Shown here: positions 30,593-41,291 of the stretch, in pieces
Layout of the letters: every line of letters begins with the position of its first letter
Position numbering within the stretch: the first letter of the stretch is position 1
Assembly: GCA_963664015.2 (NCBI GenBank)
Contig: CAXXLF010000001.1
Span: forward strand, 544,001-608,000
Direction: 5' to 3'
Origin: Candidatus Binatia bacterium
GTDB lineage: Bacteria; Desulfobacterota; Binatia; UBA9968; CAXXLF01
DNA: 64,000 nt
Notes under the pieces: generated by a model
The model's input: the letters and a program-made list of their open reading frames with translations, nothing else
Told to the model about the DNA's origin: nothing
The model's database searches: none
Made by a program: the position numbers and the translations under genes

Positions 30593-30919
30593 ATGAAAGA
30601 TTGGAATAGAAAGATATTGGTATGGACCATTGCCCCAGCTTTCCTTGCATTGTTGGCTTCTGGCTGCGCTTATCCGAATCACACTCACCCGGACCTCGGT
30701 CAAAATAGAGCAGCCTTGAATGAGGCCACCAGCGCAGCACAAGCTGCAGCGGCCAGGGCTGACCAAGCAGCCACGAGAGCGGAGCAGGCCTCCCAGTCTG
30801 CCAATTCTGCTGCATCAAGGGCCGAGGCAGCAGCTTCACGAGCGGATTCGGCAGCCATGAGAGCCGAGCGAGCCGCTGATAAAACAGAGTCGATATTCAA
30901 AAAGACGCTTCGCAAATAG
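30593..30919 (+). CDS. Alanine-zipper lipoprotein (OprI/Lpp-like)
   Basis: GGAGG RBS; lipobox LASGC; Ala-rich heptads (AARADQA); C-terminal IFKKTLRK. Confidence 0.85.
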   Translation: MKDWNRKILVWTIAPAFLALLASGCAYPNHTHPDLGQNRAALNEATSAAQAAAARADQAATRAEQASQSANSAASRAEAAASRADSAAMRAERAADKTESIFKKTLRK

Positions 30920-31018
30920 ATCCACAGGGACTGTCCACTAAGGGGTGGATACGTCCGGGCACCGTGGAGTTGCTCTTATCCACGAGTTTAGCTTAAGAAA
31001 TCAAGAGCTTGGGAACGA

Positions 31019-32668
31019 TCAACGAGTGAAACGCCCCTTAACGGTGCTCGCTACCTGCCGGACCCATTGACGCTCTGGGCCGGGCCACATAAGACTGAGA
31101 CCAACATAGAGCGAAAGACCCAACACAGGAAGTAAGAACAAGATGGCTATGTGAGCCATTTTGTTCCCAGGCCCCGTCCAATCAATGTTATGGACAATGA
31201 AATAAAGCGGTGCGGCCATGAGCAAAGCCCCGCAAAGGGCTCGGCCGAAGGAAGCCATAAAACCCCTCCACCGGAACTCACCCAAGCGATGTTGTAAAAG
31301 CCAGAGCAGCAATAAGAACTGACAGGTAGAAGAGAGCGAGTTCGCCAAGGCCAACCCTCCGTGAGAGAGCGAAAAGACACCCAATAATTGGGAACCCCCG
31401 GCAATATAACGAGACAACCACCCGGCATCGGGACCGGCAGCAACCGGACCCATCAGCATCAGGCTCAACAGCAAATTCAATCCAAAGGTGAAGCAAGCAA
31501 CCCTAACGGGTGTCTTGGTGTCCTTCAGTGCATAAAAGGCTGGAACGACCAGACGACTCCCAGAGATTGCCCATAGGCCGAATGAGAAATAGACCAACGC
31601 CTCAGCCGTCAGAGTCGTGGTGCGGGCGTCAAAGGCACCGCGCTGGAACAGGACTGCGAAAACAGGAACCGATAACACCATGAGTCCCAGTGTAGCGGGG
31701 AGAGAAATAAAATTGACCAGTCGCAACGAATAAGCAACCCCCTCCTGTAATCCCTGGTAATCCTTTTTAGCTGCCAAGGAGGAAAAGCTCGGGAGTGCAG
31801 CCGTACCCAGGGCGATGGCAAACACCCCGAGAGGAAACTGTAGGAATCGGTCCGCGTAATAGAGGTAGGAGATGCTCCCTGCGGCCAGCATGGAGGCCAA
31901 CATCGTACTCACCAAGACATTGACCTGATAGACTGCGGCACCGAAGAGAGCCGGACCCATGAGAAGGAGCATATGGCGTAGGGCCGGATGTTTAAAATGC
32001 CAATCGGGCGCCAAGGATAGTCCGAAGCGATAGAGATACGGTAGCTGGAGGACCAGCTGCAACACCCCACCCAGCAGAACCCCAAAAGCAAGTCCCAAGG
32101 CGGGCTGATCAAGATAAGGGGAAATGAACACGGCACACAGGATAATGGACAGATTGAGCAAGACCGGGGAGAGAGCCGGAGCCATGAAATGTCGAAACGA
32201 ATTCAGAAACCCCATGGCCAGAGCCACCAGGCTGACAAAATAGACATAAGGAAACATCCATCGAATCAGGAGAATCGTGAGGTTGAACTTTTCTGAAAAC
32301 TCTAGATAACGCGGCGCAAAGAGATAGGCCAGGACAGGAGCGAAATAAACTCCCAAGACCGTGAGGACCCCGAGAACAACGGCGGCGAAGGTGAACACGA
32401 TGCGGGCTAGCTGCATAGCCTCTTCTTTGGTGCTCCGGGTCAAATAATCGGTGAAGACCGGCACAAAGCCAGCTGTGAGGGCGCCCTCAGCAGTCAGTCG
32501 GCGCAGTAGGTTAGGGACCCGAAAGGCGACAAAAAAGGCGTCCGCAGCTCCGTGGGCACCGAGGAGATAGCCGAACAGCATATCCCGCAACAACCCGGTG
32601 ACCCGGCTGAGCAGGGTCAGGCTACCCACAACCCCTGCCGCCCGAGTTATCCTACCCACTTCATCCAT
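31019..32668 (-). CDS. murJ: Lipid II flippase MurJ
   Basis: SRVTGLLRD, AFRVPNLLRRLTAEGA, YADRFLQFPLG. Confidence 0.96.
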   Translation of the reverse strand: MDEVGRITRAAGVVGSLTLLSRVTGLLRDMLFGYLLGAHGAADAFFVAFRVPNLLRRLTAEGALTAGFVPVFTDYLTRSTKEEAMQLARIVFTFAAVVLGVLTVLGVYFAPVLAYLFAPRYLEFSEKFNLTILLIRWMFPYVYFVSLVALAMGFLNSFRHFMAPALSPVLLNLSIILCAVFISPYLDQPALGLAFGVLLGGVLQLVLQLPYLYRFGLSLAPDWHFKHPALRHMLLLMGPALFGAAVYQVNVLVSTMLASMLAAGSISYLYYADRFLQFPLGVFAIALGTAALPSFSSLAAKKDYQGLQEGVAYSLRLVNFISLPATLGLMVLSVPVFAVLFQRGAFDARTTTLTAEALVYFSFGLWAISGSRLVVPAFYALKDTKTPVRVACFTFGLNLLLSLMLMGPVAAGPDAGWLSRYIAGGSQLLGVFSLSHGGLALANSLSSTCQFLLLLWLLQHRLGEFRWRGFMASFGRALCGALLMAAPLYFIVHNIDWTGPGNKMAHIAILFLLPVLGLSLYVGLSLMWPGPERQWVRQVASTVKGRFTR

Positions 32669-32672
32669 TACG

Positions 32673-32701
32673 TTGACACTCGTGCCGCTTAATGGTAGAA
32701 A
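32673..32701 (+). promoter_or_regulatory. Sigma70 promoter of rpsT
   Basis: TTGACA, 17 nt spacer, TG-n-TAGAAT, then AGGAGG RBS. Confidence 0.75.
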
Positions 32702-32724
32702 TTTTATCCTTTAGGAGGAAGATC

Positions 32725-32997
32725 TTGGCAGTACACAAATCAGTCATCAAACGCCACCGCCAGAGCTTAAAACGGAGAGCAAGAAATCAGGATGTCCGGT
32801 CCAGGATCAAGACCCTGGTCAAAAAGATCCGCCAATCCATTGAGAAAAAGGACTCCACCGCCGCCCAGACCCAACTCCGGGATGTCAACAAGGCACTTGG
32901 CAAGGCCGTCAGCAGCGGCGTTTTGAAATCCAACACCGCTTCCCGAAGATTATCCCGACTTGCCCGCGCTATCCATGTTGCCTCACAGGCAAGCTGA
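32725..32997 (+). CDS. rpsT: 30S ribosomal protein S20 (TTG start)
   Basis: HKSVIKRHRQSLKRRARN...NTASRRLSRL; divergent from murJ. Confidence 0.95.
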   Translation: MAVHKSVIKRHRQSLKRRARNQDVRSRIKTLVKKIRQSIEKKDSTAAQTQLRDVNKALGKAVSSGVLKSNTASRRLSRLARAIHVASQAS

Positions 32998-33073
32998 TTC
33001 GCGTCAATGAGACCCCTGACAGCCCGTATACGCCCCACCCATAGATAGGCCCGACGCAGGCGCATCCCGTGAT

Positions 33074-33703
33074 TTAAAACAAATCCACGATCCGTTGATG
33101 GATGTCATGCGCCGAGCGAGTGATCAGCCGGTTTCTGGCCTGTCGGCCATAGGTTTCGGTCAGCTGTACGTCGGTGAAGGGAAAGATATCGCTCTGATTG
33201 AGGGGCTCCATTTGAAATTCGGTGGATGTGGCCACGACTGCGCCTCGGGATCCGCTATAGCGCTCCTCCCACCGGCTACCCTGCCCACGCCACAGGACCT
33301 CGTCCGGGGAGCGTCGCCGTAAATTCATATCCATAACCATGATGGTTTCGAACTCAATGGCTTCGCTATTGTCATTGACTGCGAGCACCCTTGTCTCCAT
33401 CCTCCGGACGACCCCGCTTAGTATGGCATCGGCATCCTCAGACTTTTCGACCACAACGACGGTACCCCCGCGTCGGAACACCCCTTTCAAGGCCGTACTT
33501 ATCTCCTTGGCCAGCCCCACGTCCAGCGACTTGTTGACAAAAGGAGCCACGTAGACTGAATGGACGTCCTTAGGGAATTGCCCCCCGCTGGAGAAGTGAT
33601 AGCCACACCCACTAGCCAGAAGCACGGCCGCCAGTGCTATGACACCCGAACCGAAGCGATTCCAGAGTTCCCCGTGTCCGATCCTAGTTCGCTGCATATC
33701 CAA
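33074..33703 (-). CDS. lptE: LPS assembly lipoprotein LptE family
   Basis: Lipobox LASGCGY; directly after leuS. Confidence 0.8.
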   Translation of the reverse strand: MDMQRTRIGHGELWNRFGSGVIALAAVLLASGCGYHFSSGGQFPKDVHSVYVAPFVNKSLDVGLAKEISTALKGVFRRGGTVVVVEKSEDADAILSGVVRRMETRVLAVNDNSEAIEFETIMVMDMNLRRRSPDEVLWRGQGSRWEERYSGSRGAVVATSTEFQMEPLNQSDIFPFTDVQLTETYGRQARNRLITRSAHDIHQRIVDLF

Positions 33704-33705
33704 CT

Positions 33706-36195
33706 CTACCTCGATAAAACAATATTAACCAAACGGCGCGGGACTTGCACTACCCGATCGATCTTTTTTCCCTCGATGAACGACCGTACTTTGGGTTCTG
33801 CCAGGGCCTCTTTCTCAATGAACTCTTCGATGGCGTCCACCGCCACGGAAATTCGACCGCGTAACTTCCCGTTTACCTGAACAACGATGATCGTCGTTTC
33901 CTCTTCTAAGGCTCCAACGTCGTATTCGGGCCAGCTCAATTTGTCCAGAGCTTCCTTGTGGCCCAGATCCTCCCAAAGCTGAGAGGCAACGTGAGGGACA
34001 AAAGGATAGAGCAGAATGACTATCCTTTCCACCCCGTATTTAGTCCATCCGGCCACTTCCTCCTTGGCCATGGCCTTCTCATCCAGGGCGCTCAGGACGT
34101 TGAAGAGCTCCATAATAGCGGCAATGCCCGTATTGAAGTGGAACCGGACCTCCATATCCTCGGTCACCTTTTTAATGGTTCGATGAATCTGGCGCCGCAT
34201 GTCCTTTAACTCGGCGCTGGGCTCTTGGGTCGCTACCGATGGGGCTTGCATCAAGCGGTCTCGATTTTGATAGACGAAACGCCATAGACGGCTTAAGAAT
34301 CGATGGGATCCTTGAACTCCCTGGTCGTTCCATTCCAGGTCCTTTTCCGGGGGGGCGGCAAAAAGCGCAAAGAGACGGGCCGTATCGGCCCCAAAACGAT
34401 CGATCAGAAATTGGGGATCGACCACGTTACCCTTGGATTTAGACATCTTGGCCCCGTCCTTGATTACCATGCCCTGGGTCAACAGGTTGACGAAAGGCTC
34501 GTCGACGGAAAGCCATCCCATGTCCCTCAATACCTTGGTGAAAAAGCGAGCGTACAAAAGGTGAAGGACTGCATGTTCGACACCGCCAATGTACTGATCC
34601 ACGGGAAGCCAATAGTCAACCCGCTTCTTGTCCAACGGGGCCCGGTTTTCATCAGGGGATGCGTAGCGGGCAAAATACCATGAGGACTCCACGAAGGTGT
34701 CCATGGTATCGGTCTCCCGTGTTGCAGGCCCCCCGCACTGGGGACAGGTCACCTGCACAAACTCCTCGAGCTGAGTAAGAAGCGAGCCCCCTTCGCCGGT
34801 AAAAGCAATGTGTTTGGGCAAGACCACGGGGAGTTGGTCTTCGGGAACGGGAACCATCTCACACTTTTCACAATAAATGATCGGAATCGGGGCACCCCAG
34901 TAACGCTGACGCGAGATACCCCAGTCCCTCAAACGATAGCGGATATCTTTCTTGCCCCATCCTTGTTCCTCAAGGTGTTCTGCAATTTCTTTTTTACCCT
35001 CTTCGCTGGAAAGGCCGGTAAAGGTTCCGCTGGAGATCATGGTCCCTTCATCTATATAGGCTTCCATGATCTTGTGAGCTTCCAAAAGCCGGTCTGGCGC
35101 TTCGATCACGATTTGTATAGGGAGGCCGTATATTTGCGCGAACTCGAAGTCCCTCTGGTCGTGAGCGGGTACGCCCATGACTGCACCCGTACCGTATTCC
35201 GAAAGGACAAAGTTTGCGATGTAAATGGGTATCGGCTCTTCGGTGAACGGGTTGAGACAATAGGCCCCCGTAAAGGCTCCCTCTTTTTCAAAGTCGTGGG
35301 TCTCTTTGTGGGAGTGCTTGACCTTTCGCACCTGGTTGAGGAATTGACGGACCTCCTTTTCCTGGTCCGTACCGCGTGAGAGTTCGAGAGCCAGCGGATG
35401 CTCCGGGGCAATGGAGAGAAAGGTGGCCCCGAAAACCGTATCCTGCCGAGTGGTGAAAACCGTGATCGCCTCTTCCGGTTCCTCGACAAGGGGAAAACGG
35501 ATGGTCGCACCCAGGGATTTTCCAATCCAGTTGCGCTGCATAGTCAAGACCTTTTCGGGCCAACCGGTCAGTTTATCGCAATCCCGCAGCAGTTCATCCG
35601 CATAATCCGTGATTCGGAAAAACCATTGCTCCAACTTTTTTTCCCGGACCTCCTGATCGCAGCGCCAGCAGAGCTCTTCAATCACCTGTTCATTAGCCAA
35701 GACCGTATCGCAACTATCGCACCAGTTCACGGTGGATAGTTTTTTGTAAGCCAACCCGCGCTTGAACATTTCAATAAAGAAAAGCTGTTCCCAACGGTAG
35801 TAGTTCTCATCGCACGTGGCTAATTCACGTCCCCAGTCGTAGCTGAAACCCATTTTTTTCAGCTGCTGGCGCATATATGAGATGTTTTCTAGGGTCCACT
35901 TGGCCGGATGGTCTCCCCGTTCAATGGCAGCATTTTCAGCTGGAAGTCCAAAGGCATCCCATCCCATGGGGTGCAGGACGTTGAACCCTCGCATTCTCTT
36001 GTAACGAGCAATCACATCGCCGATAGAATAGTTGCGCACGTGGCCCATGTGAATCTGGCCCGAGGGATAGGGAAACATTTCCAACAGGTAGTACTTGGGG
36101 CGAGGGTCATCCTCAGTGGCCCGGAAGCTCTGCTTGTTCTCCCAGATCTCCTGCCACTTGCTCTCTATTTCTTGAGGATTATAACGGTCCTGCAT
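33706..36195 (-). CDS. leuS: Leucine--tRNA ligase
   Basis: [26 protein letters not shown]. Confidence 0.98.
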   Translation of the reverse strand: MQDRYNPQEIESKWQEIWENKQSFRATEDDPRPKYYLLEMFPYPSGQIHMGHVRNYSIGDVIARYKRMRGFNVLHPMGWDAFGLPAENAAIERGDHPAKWTLENISYMRQQLKKMGFSYDWGRELATCDENYYRWEQLFFIEMFKRGLAYKKLSTVNWCDSCDTVLANEQVIEELCWRCDQEVREKKLEQWFFRITDYADELLRDCDKLTGWPEKVLTMQRNWIGKSLGATIRFPLVEEPEEAITVFTTRQDTVFGATFLSIAPEHPLALELSRGTDQEKEVRQFLNQVRKVKHSHKETHDFEKEGAFTGAYCLNPFTEEPIPIYIANFVLSEYGTGAVMGVPAHDQRDFEFAQIYGLPIQIVIEAPDRLLEAHKIMEAYIDEGTMISSGTFTGLSSEEGKKEIAEHLEEQGWGKKDIRYRLRDWGISRQRYWGAPIPIIYCEKCEMVPVPEDQLPVVLPKHIAFTGEGGSLLTQLEEFVQVTCPQCGGPATRETDTMDTFVESSWYFARYASPDENRAPLDKKRVDYWLPVDQYIGGVEHAVLHLLYARFFTKVLRDMGWLSVDEPFVNLLTQGMVIKDGAKMSKSKGNVVDPQFLIDRFGADTARLFALFAAPPEKDLEWNDQGVQGSHRFLSRLWRFVYQNRDRLMQAPSVATQEPSAELKDMRRQIHRTIKKVTEDMEVRFHFNTGIAAIMELFNVLSALDEKAMAKEEVAGWTKYGVERIVILLYPFVPHVASQLWEDLGHKEALDKLSWPEYDVGALEEETTIIVVQVNGKLRGRISVAVDAIEEFIEKEALAEPKVRSFIEGKKIDRVVQVPRRLVNIVLSR

Positions 36196-36254
36196 AGTCT
36201 AGATTCTCTCTCTTTTCGACCTTAAAAGCCAAGGACCGCTTTGGGTCTAGCCCA

Positions 36255-36668
36255 CTATTCCTTGACCCAGCACGCGGACGCCACGTGATCCAGGACCCCA
36301 TTGATGAAGGTCGCTGAATCCTCCGAACCGAAGCGTTTACTCACCTCGATGGCCTCATCGATACTGACGTTGTGGGGAATATCAGGACAGAACAATAACT
36401 CAAAGGTTGCCAGACGAAGGATATTCAAATCGACCCGCGGCATCCGGGTCAGTTTCCAGTGGTCCGTGGCCTTTTCGATCAGGTGGTCAATATCTTTTTT
36501 TTGCAGCAGTACACCGCCAACTAGCCGGCGGGCAAAATCTCTAGCCTTAATGTTCGCCTCGAAATGGCTCCATAAAAGCTCCAGTGTGGCCGCTGCCGAA
36601 TCACCGGTCATGTCGATTTGATAGAGAGCCTGTAGGGCCAGTTCCCTACCTCTACGTCGTATACCCAT
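36255..36668 (-). CDS. nusB: Transcription antitermination factor NusB
   Basis: RRRGRELALQALYQ; FINGVLD. Confidence 0.96.
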   Translation of the reverse strand: MGIRRRGRELALQALYQIDMTGDSAAATLELLWSHFEANIKARDFARRLVGGVLLQKKDIDHLIEKATDHWKLTRMPRVDLNILRLATFELLFCPDIPHNVSIDEAIEVSKRFGSEDSATFINGVLDHVASACWVKE

Positions 36669-36951
36669 AAGCCATTCAAAGATCCGCAGATTAAAAAGGT
36701 TTACCGGTCAACCCCAATACACCAACGGGAGCCCGACCTTACGCCCCAGCGGTGAGTTACAATCTTCTCGTTTTACCTATTTGCCATTCACCACTTACGT
36801 AAAGTGCTCCAGGGCGCGTCGCACCCTGGAGCAATCGAGCAGTGGTCATTGGAACAATCGACAACGCCAATATGGCGGTCCATTGCCCTATTTTCCACTC
36901 CTCCGATGTTCCAAAAATTTGCCTAGCAAATATTTCTGCGCGCTCCGCGTC

Positions 36952-37473
36952 TCAGCGGTGAGTTCTACGATGCGAAGCCGCTTTGCGCACGCCCTTGGCA
37001 CTCGACCGGCGGGGCAGCTTCTTGACCAAACACGCCATCTCAATAGCCGTCATGGCCGCCTCAAATCCCTTGTTGTCTTTGTCCGTGCCCGCCCGTTGCA
37101 TAGCCTGCTCCGGGTTCTTGGTGGTCAGAACACCGAAGGCAATAGGGATCTGGTGATCCAGAATAGCGCGGCCGATCCCCCGCGTGACCTCCCCCGCAAT
37201 AAAGTCAAAATGGGGAGTCCCGCCTCGAATCACCGCCCCTAGACAAACGAGGGCGTCGTATTTTCCGGTGGAAGCCATCTTGTAGGCAAGCAGCGGAATC
37301 TCAAACGCACCGGGAACCCGGACCACGTCCAGGTTTTTCACCTCACCTCCGTACTGCTTGAAGGCTTCCAGGGCCCCTTCCAACAGCTTCTCGGTCACAA
37401 AGTTATTGAAGCGGCTTACTATGATTCCGAACTTCCCGCCCCGTGCATCCAGCTCTACCTCAATGCCCTTCAT
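36952..37473 (-). CDS. ribH: 6,7-dimethyl-8-ribityllumazine synthase
   Basis: VSRFN, VPGAFEIP, GAVIRGGTPHF, FGVLT, NKG. Confidence 0.96.
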   Translation of the reverse strand: MKGIEVELDARGGKFGIIVSRFNNFVTEKLLEGALEAFKQYGGEVKNLDVVRVPGAFEIPLLAYKMASTGKYDALVCLGAVIRGGTPHFDFIAGEVTRGIGRAILDHQIPIAFGVLTTKNPEQAMQRAGTDKDNKGFEAAMTAIEMACLVKKLPRRSSAKGVRKAASHRRTHR

Positions 37474-37510
37474 GACGGTCCCTTCCCTCGCCAGGATAAG
37501 TTTGATGAGT

Positions 37511-38716
37511 CTATAGTTTGGAGAACAGATGGCCCAATTTTTCCTGCTTGGTCCGCAGGTATTCGATATTGTCTTCCCGCGGGGTGATTTCCAGAGGGAC
37601 GCGTTCAACGACTGACAACCCGTACCCCTCCAGCCCTACAATTTTGCGCGGGTTGTTGGTTAGTAAACGAAGCTTCTGGGCCCCGATATCGCGAATGATT
37701 TGCGCCCCAATACCGTAATCTCGGAGGTCTTCCTTAAAGCCCAACTCAAGGTTGGCTTCGACTGTGTCCAAGCCATGATCTTGGAGGGCGTAAGCCTTGA
37801 TCTTGTTAGTCAGCCCAATCCCTCGGCCTTCTTGACGCATGTAGACAAGGACACCCTTTCCGGCCTGGTTGATCAGCTTGAGGGACTGGAGGATCTGCTC
37901 CCCGCAATCACACCGCTCGGATTCAAAAACGTCTCCGGTCAAGCATTCGGAGTGCATGCGAACCAAGACTTTATCCCTGGGCTTAATTTCACCTTTGACC
38001 AAAGCCATGTGCTCCCTGGTGTCCACGTTGTTTTTATAGATGATCGCCCTGAACATCCCTCCCACAACGGTCGGGAAGTCCGCTTCTCGCGCACGACTGA
38101 CCAGGCATTCACTTCGCAATCGGTAGGCGATCAGATCCGACACGGCGGCAATTTTCAATTTGTGTTTGCGGGCTAATTTCTGAAGATCCGGCAGGTAGGC
38201 CACCGATCCATCGGCCTTCAGGATCCGCGAGATGACCCCTGCCGACTGCAAACCGCACAGCCGGGCTAAATCAACCGAGGCCTCGGTGTGACCGGACCGG
38301 ACCAAGACTCCGCCTTTAACGATCTGGGCGGGAAAGACATTGCCCGGCATGGCTAGGTCCCCGGGTTTGGCATCTGCCTTGAGCATCGTCTTGATGGTTT
38401 GTGCCCTGCCCTGGGCGGATACCCCCGAACCGAGCACGGATTTCGCATCGATAGGGATCCCAACAGGGGCACTCACCGCCGACACGCTCGGCTGCACCAC
38501 CAAGTTCCCCAACTGCTTGATTCTTTCCTCGGTCAGGGCCAGGTAAATGATACCGCTACGGCCCTCGGTCAGGAGGAAGTTAATCGCTTCCGGGGTAACC
38601 TTGTCACCGGCTATACAGAAGGTACCGTCGCTCCCAGGTGAATCATCGTCGACCAGGATAATGACTTGTCCCGCCTGCAGCGCTTTAAGGGCATCTTTGA
38701 TCATTGAAATAGGCAT
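37511..38716 (-). CDS. ribBA: RibBA fusion: intact GTP cyclohydrolase II, degenerate DHBP synthase domain
   Basis: [28 protein letters not shown] intact; N-domain RibB-like but lacks RENEGD. Confidence 0.9.
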   Translation of the reverse strand: MPISMIKDALKALQAGQVIILVDDDSPGSDGTFCIAGDKVTPEAINFLLTEGRSGIIYLALTEERIKQLGNLVVQPSVSAVSAPVGIPIDAKSVLGSGVSAQGRAQTIKTMLKADAKPGDLAMPGNVFPAQIVKGGVLVRSGHTEASVDLARLCGLQSAGVISRILKADGSVAYLPDLQKLARKHKLKIAAVSDLIAYRLRSECLVSRAREADFPTVVGGMFRAIIYKNNVDTREHMALVKGEIKPRDKVLVRMHSECLTGDVFESERCDCGEQILQSLKLINQAGKGVLVYMRQEGRGIGLTNKIKAYALQDHGLDTVEANLELGFKEDLRDYGIGAQIIRDIGAQKLRLLTNNPRKIVGLEGYGLSVVERVPLEITPREDNIEYLRTKQEKLGHLFSKL

Positions 38717-38768
38717 GGAATGCGACCCCGGATTGCAGTGGAATTAGAAGTTGAAAAAACCTATCGAT

Positions 38769-39368
38769 TTACCGTGAACCGCCGGATTTCAAAAGATTCT
38801 GAACGTATTTTCCTATCAAATCAGTCTCGATATTGACTTTATCACCAACCCTACGGCTCTGCAAATTAGTATGTTTCATCGAAAACGGGATAATGGCCAC
38901 GGAAAAGAGCCCTCTGGCACAATCGTTAACTGTCAAACTGATACCGTCAATGGCGATGGATCCCTTAACAACTATCAGCCTCATCAGGGACACAGGAACC
39001 CGGACCTGAAAAAAGGTAAACTCACCCCGACGCGTAATCTCTTTGATCGTTCCAACCCCGTCCACATGCCCCGTAACCAGGTGTCCCCCGAGACGATCCG
39101 AAAAGCGGAGCGGCCGCTCCAGGTTTACCGGATGCCCTTTGTCGACATCCTGAAAATTCGTCCGCGCAAGCGTTTCGGGCGACACATCCACGGTCAAACG
39201 AGCTTGAGATTTCGAAATAACCGTGAGGCAGGTTCCGTTGACCGCAATACTGGCACCCAGCGGCATGGCCCTTGGGGACAGGCGGGTACTGAAAGTCAGC
39301 CTTCCAGCCTTTGCTTTACTCTGCCAGCGGACGACCTTGCCGATATCTTCGATGAGACCTGTGAACAT
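38769..39368 (-). CDS. ribE: Riboflavin synthase
   Basis: MFTGLIE, NGTCLTV, GGHLVTGHVDG. Confidence 0.96.
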   Translation of the reverse strand: MFTGLIEDIGKVVRWQSKAKAGRLTFSTRLSPRAMPLGASIAVNGTCLTVISKSQARLTVDVSPETLARTNFQDVDKGHPVNLERPLRFSDRLGGHLVTGHVDGVGTIKEITRRGEFTFFQVRVPVSLMRLIVVKGSIAIDGISLTVNDCARGLFSVAIIPFSMKHTNLQSRRVGDKVNIETDLIGKYVQNLLKSGGSR

Positions 39369-39372
39369 ATCA

Positions 39373-39407
39373 ATTGGTTAATGGTTATTAGTTATTGGTC
39401 AATGGCA
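39373..39407. repeat. Tandem heptamer repeat (5 imperfect copies, AWTGGTY-like)
   Basis: ATTGGTT AATGGTT ATTAGTT ATTGGTC AATGGCA. Confidence 0.6.
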
Positions 39408-39559
39408 ATTCATCGAACGATTCTGAAGCTCAGCCATGATGACGGTAGCTTGTAGCCCCAATGACCAGGAACCACACGGAACCCGTTGACTCATCCTCAC
39501 GATTGACCATTTTCTATTTGCTATTAACTATTCACCCTTTGCCATTCGACTTTTTACTT

Positions 39560-40684
39560 TTACCTTTTTACTTTTGCCTTTCCTAAGATCCGTCCCGTAA
39601 CCATCAGATCCTGGCCAAAGCGCTTGGTTTCTAGATCGACAATGGCCTTCGTGCGGCTCATTGACGTGATCCCGAGTTCCTCGATCATAGATCGCCCGTC
39701 ACCACCAATGACCTTGGGCGCAAAGAAGAATACAACCCGATCCACGACCCCGTCGTTCAAGGCACGCGCCGCTGTCGAAGCTCCCCCCTCGATCATAACG
39801 CTCAAGAATCCCATGCCGAACAGTTTCTTTAACAGGGACGGGAAGCTAATCCATCTTCCCTTGTTCCCCTTGACCGGCAAACGCAATACCCGAGCCCCGG
39901 CACTTTCGATTGCCTTAACCCGGTTGACGGGAGATCGCTCGCCCGTGACCACGATGGTTTTTTCGACTCCTCGTCCCCGTAGCACCTGGGCCGAATTCGG
40001 GATACGTAGACGGGTATCGAGAACGATCCTCCAGGGGTCCCTTCCCCCGGGAATACGGCTGGTCAGCCTTGGATTATCCTTTATGACGGTATCGGCACCA
40101 ACAACCACAGCGTCGACCTGACTCCTCAACTGATGCACGAAATTCCGCGCCCTATCCCCGGTAATCCATTTAGATTCCCCCGTCGAAGTTGCGATTCTCC
40201 CATCCAGCGACGCGGCCAACTTGAGTATGACGAACGGTAAACCGGATGTGGTAGCCTTGATGAACGCTTCGTTTAGTCTTCGGCATTCCTCTTGTAGGAT
40301 ACCCACGCGGACCTTGATTCCTGCCCTGCGCAGCCGACGAATCCCCCGGCCGGAAACCAGCGGATTAGGATCAATCATACCGACAACAATTTCCTTGATG
40401 CCGAAAGCTATCAGGGAGGTGGTACAGGGCGGGGTTTTCCCCTCATGATTGCAGGGTTCCAGATTAAGATACAGGGTGCCGCCGCGGGCTCGCAAGCCCG
40501 CTTGCTTCAGGGCAACTATCTCACCGTGATCGCTACCAGCGCGCCGATGGTAGCCCTTGCCCACAACCCTGCCGCTTCGGACCACAACCGCCCCGACCAT
40601 AGGATTGGGGCTCGTCCTGCCGGTCCCCTTACGAGCCAGCCGAAGCGCCATGCGCATGTACCTTTCATCAAGCGCCTCTGCCAT
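39560..40684 (-). CDS. ribD: Riboflavin biosynthesis deaminase/reductase
   Basis: PNPMVG, HGE, LEPCNHEGKTPPC, SLDG..SKWIT, IEGG. Confidence 0.96.
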   Translation of the reverse strand: MAEALDERYMRMALRLARKGTGRTSPNPMVGAVVVRSGRVVGKGYHRRAGSDHGEIVALKQAGLRARGGTLYLNLEPCNHEGKTPPCTTSLIAFGIKEIVVGMIDPNPLVSGRGIRRLRRAGIKVRVGILQEECRRLNEAFIKATTSGLPFVILKLAASLDGRIATSTGESKWITGDRARNFVHQLRSQVDAVVVGADTVIKDNPRLTSRIPGGRDPWRIVLDTRLRIPNSAQVLRGRGVEKTIVVTGERSPVNRVKAIESAGARVLRLPVKGNKGRWISFPSLLKKLFGMGFLSVMIEGGASTAARALNDGVVDRVVFFFAPKVIGGDGRSMIEELGITSMSRTKAIVDLETKRFGQDLMVTGRILGKAKVKR

Positions 40685-41205
40685 CAGGACAGCCGATTGT
40701 CCTTGTCTTTCTTCTGTGACACAACGGCTGGTTTACCGATCCCCACACCCTTGCGCTCCTTGAGCAGATCTTCGAGTTCCACCATGAACTCGTTGATGTC
40801 TTTGAAGGAACGGTAGACTGACGCAAAACGGACGTAGGCCACTTGATCGATTTCATGAAGCTCCCCCATGGCAGCCTCGCCTATGATTGGGCTCTGGATC
40901 TCTTTTTCCCCTCGTTCTTGAAGCGAACGTTCGATTCGGTCGGCAACGGCCTCGATGGTATCGATGCTCACAGGACGTTTTTCACACGCGCGTTTAAGGC
41001 CGTTTACCACCTTCAATCGGTCATAGGACTCACGCCTGCCGTCTTTTTTCACGACCAGGGGCATGGTCTCCTCGACCCGTTCGTACGTCGTAAACCGCCG
41101 CGTACACAGCAGACATTCACGCCGGCGCCGGACCATATCGCCGTCCTTGCTCAACCGGGAATCGATAACCCTATTGTCCATCTCGTGGCAGAATGCGCAT
41201 TTCAT
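40684..41205 (-). CDS. nrdR: Transcriptional repressor NrdR
   Basis: MKCAFC..VIDSR..RRRREC..RFTTYE; [10 protein letters not shown]. Confidence 0.97.
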   Translation of the reverse strand: MKCAFCHEMDNRVIDSRLSKDGDMVRRRRECLLCTRRFTTYERVEETMPLVVKKDGRRESYDRLKVVNGLKRACEKRPVSIDTIEAVADRIERSLQERGEKEIQSPIIGEAAMGELHEIDQVAYVRFASVYRSFKDINEFMVELEDLLKERKGVGIGKPAVVSQKKDKDNRLS

Positions 41206-41222
41206 CGTTCGACCCTCAGTTC

Positions 41223-41250
41223 TTACAGCATTTAGCCTTCAGCTGTCAGC
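41223..41250. repeat. Tandem heptamer repeat (4 imperfect copies ending AGC)
   Basis: TTACAGC ATTTAGC CTTCAGC TGTCAGC. Confidence 0.5.
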
Positions 41251-41291
41251 AATCCGATGAAACCTCAACGAGCTTACGCCCATCGTATTCA

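Noticed and set aside
30720-30880. Repetitive DNA resembling an array
   Set aside because: Explained by the Ala-rich heptads of the lipoprotein; no repeat-spacer structure, and no CRISPR array anywhere in the window
36700-36770. Resemblance to 6S RNA, or an FMN riboswitch in the rib operon
   Set aside because: Only short motif similarity (GGGAGCC, CAGCGGTGAG); I could not build a long closing stem or find FMN consensus blocks
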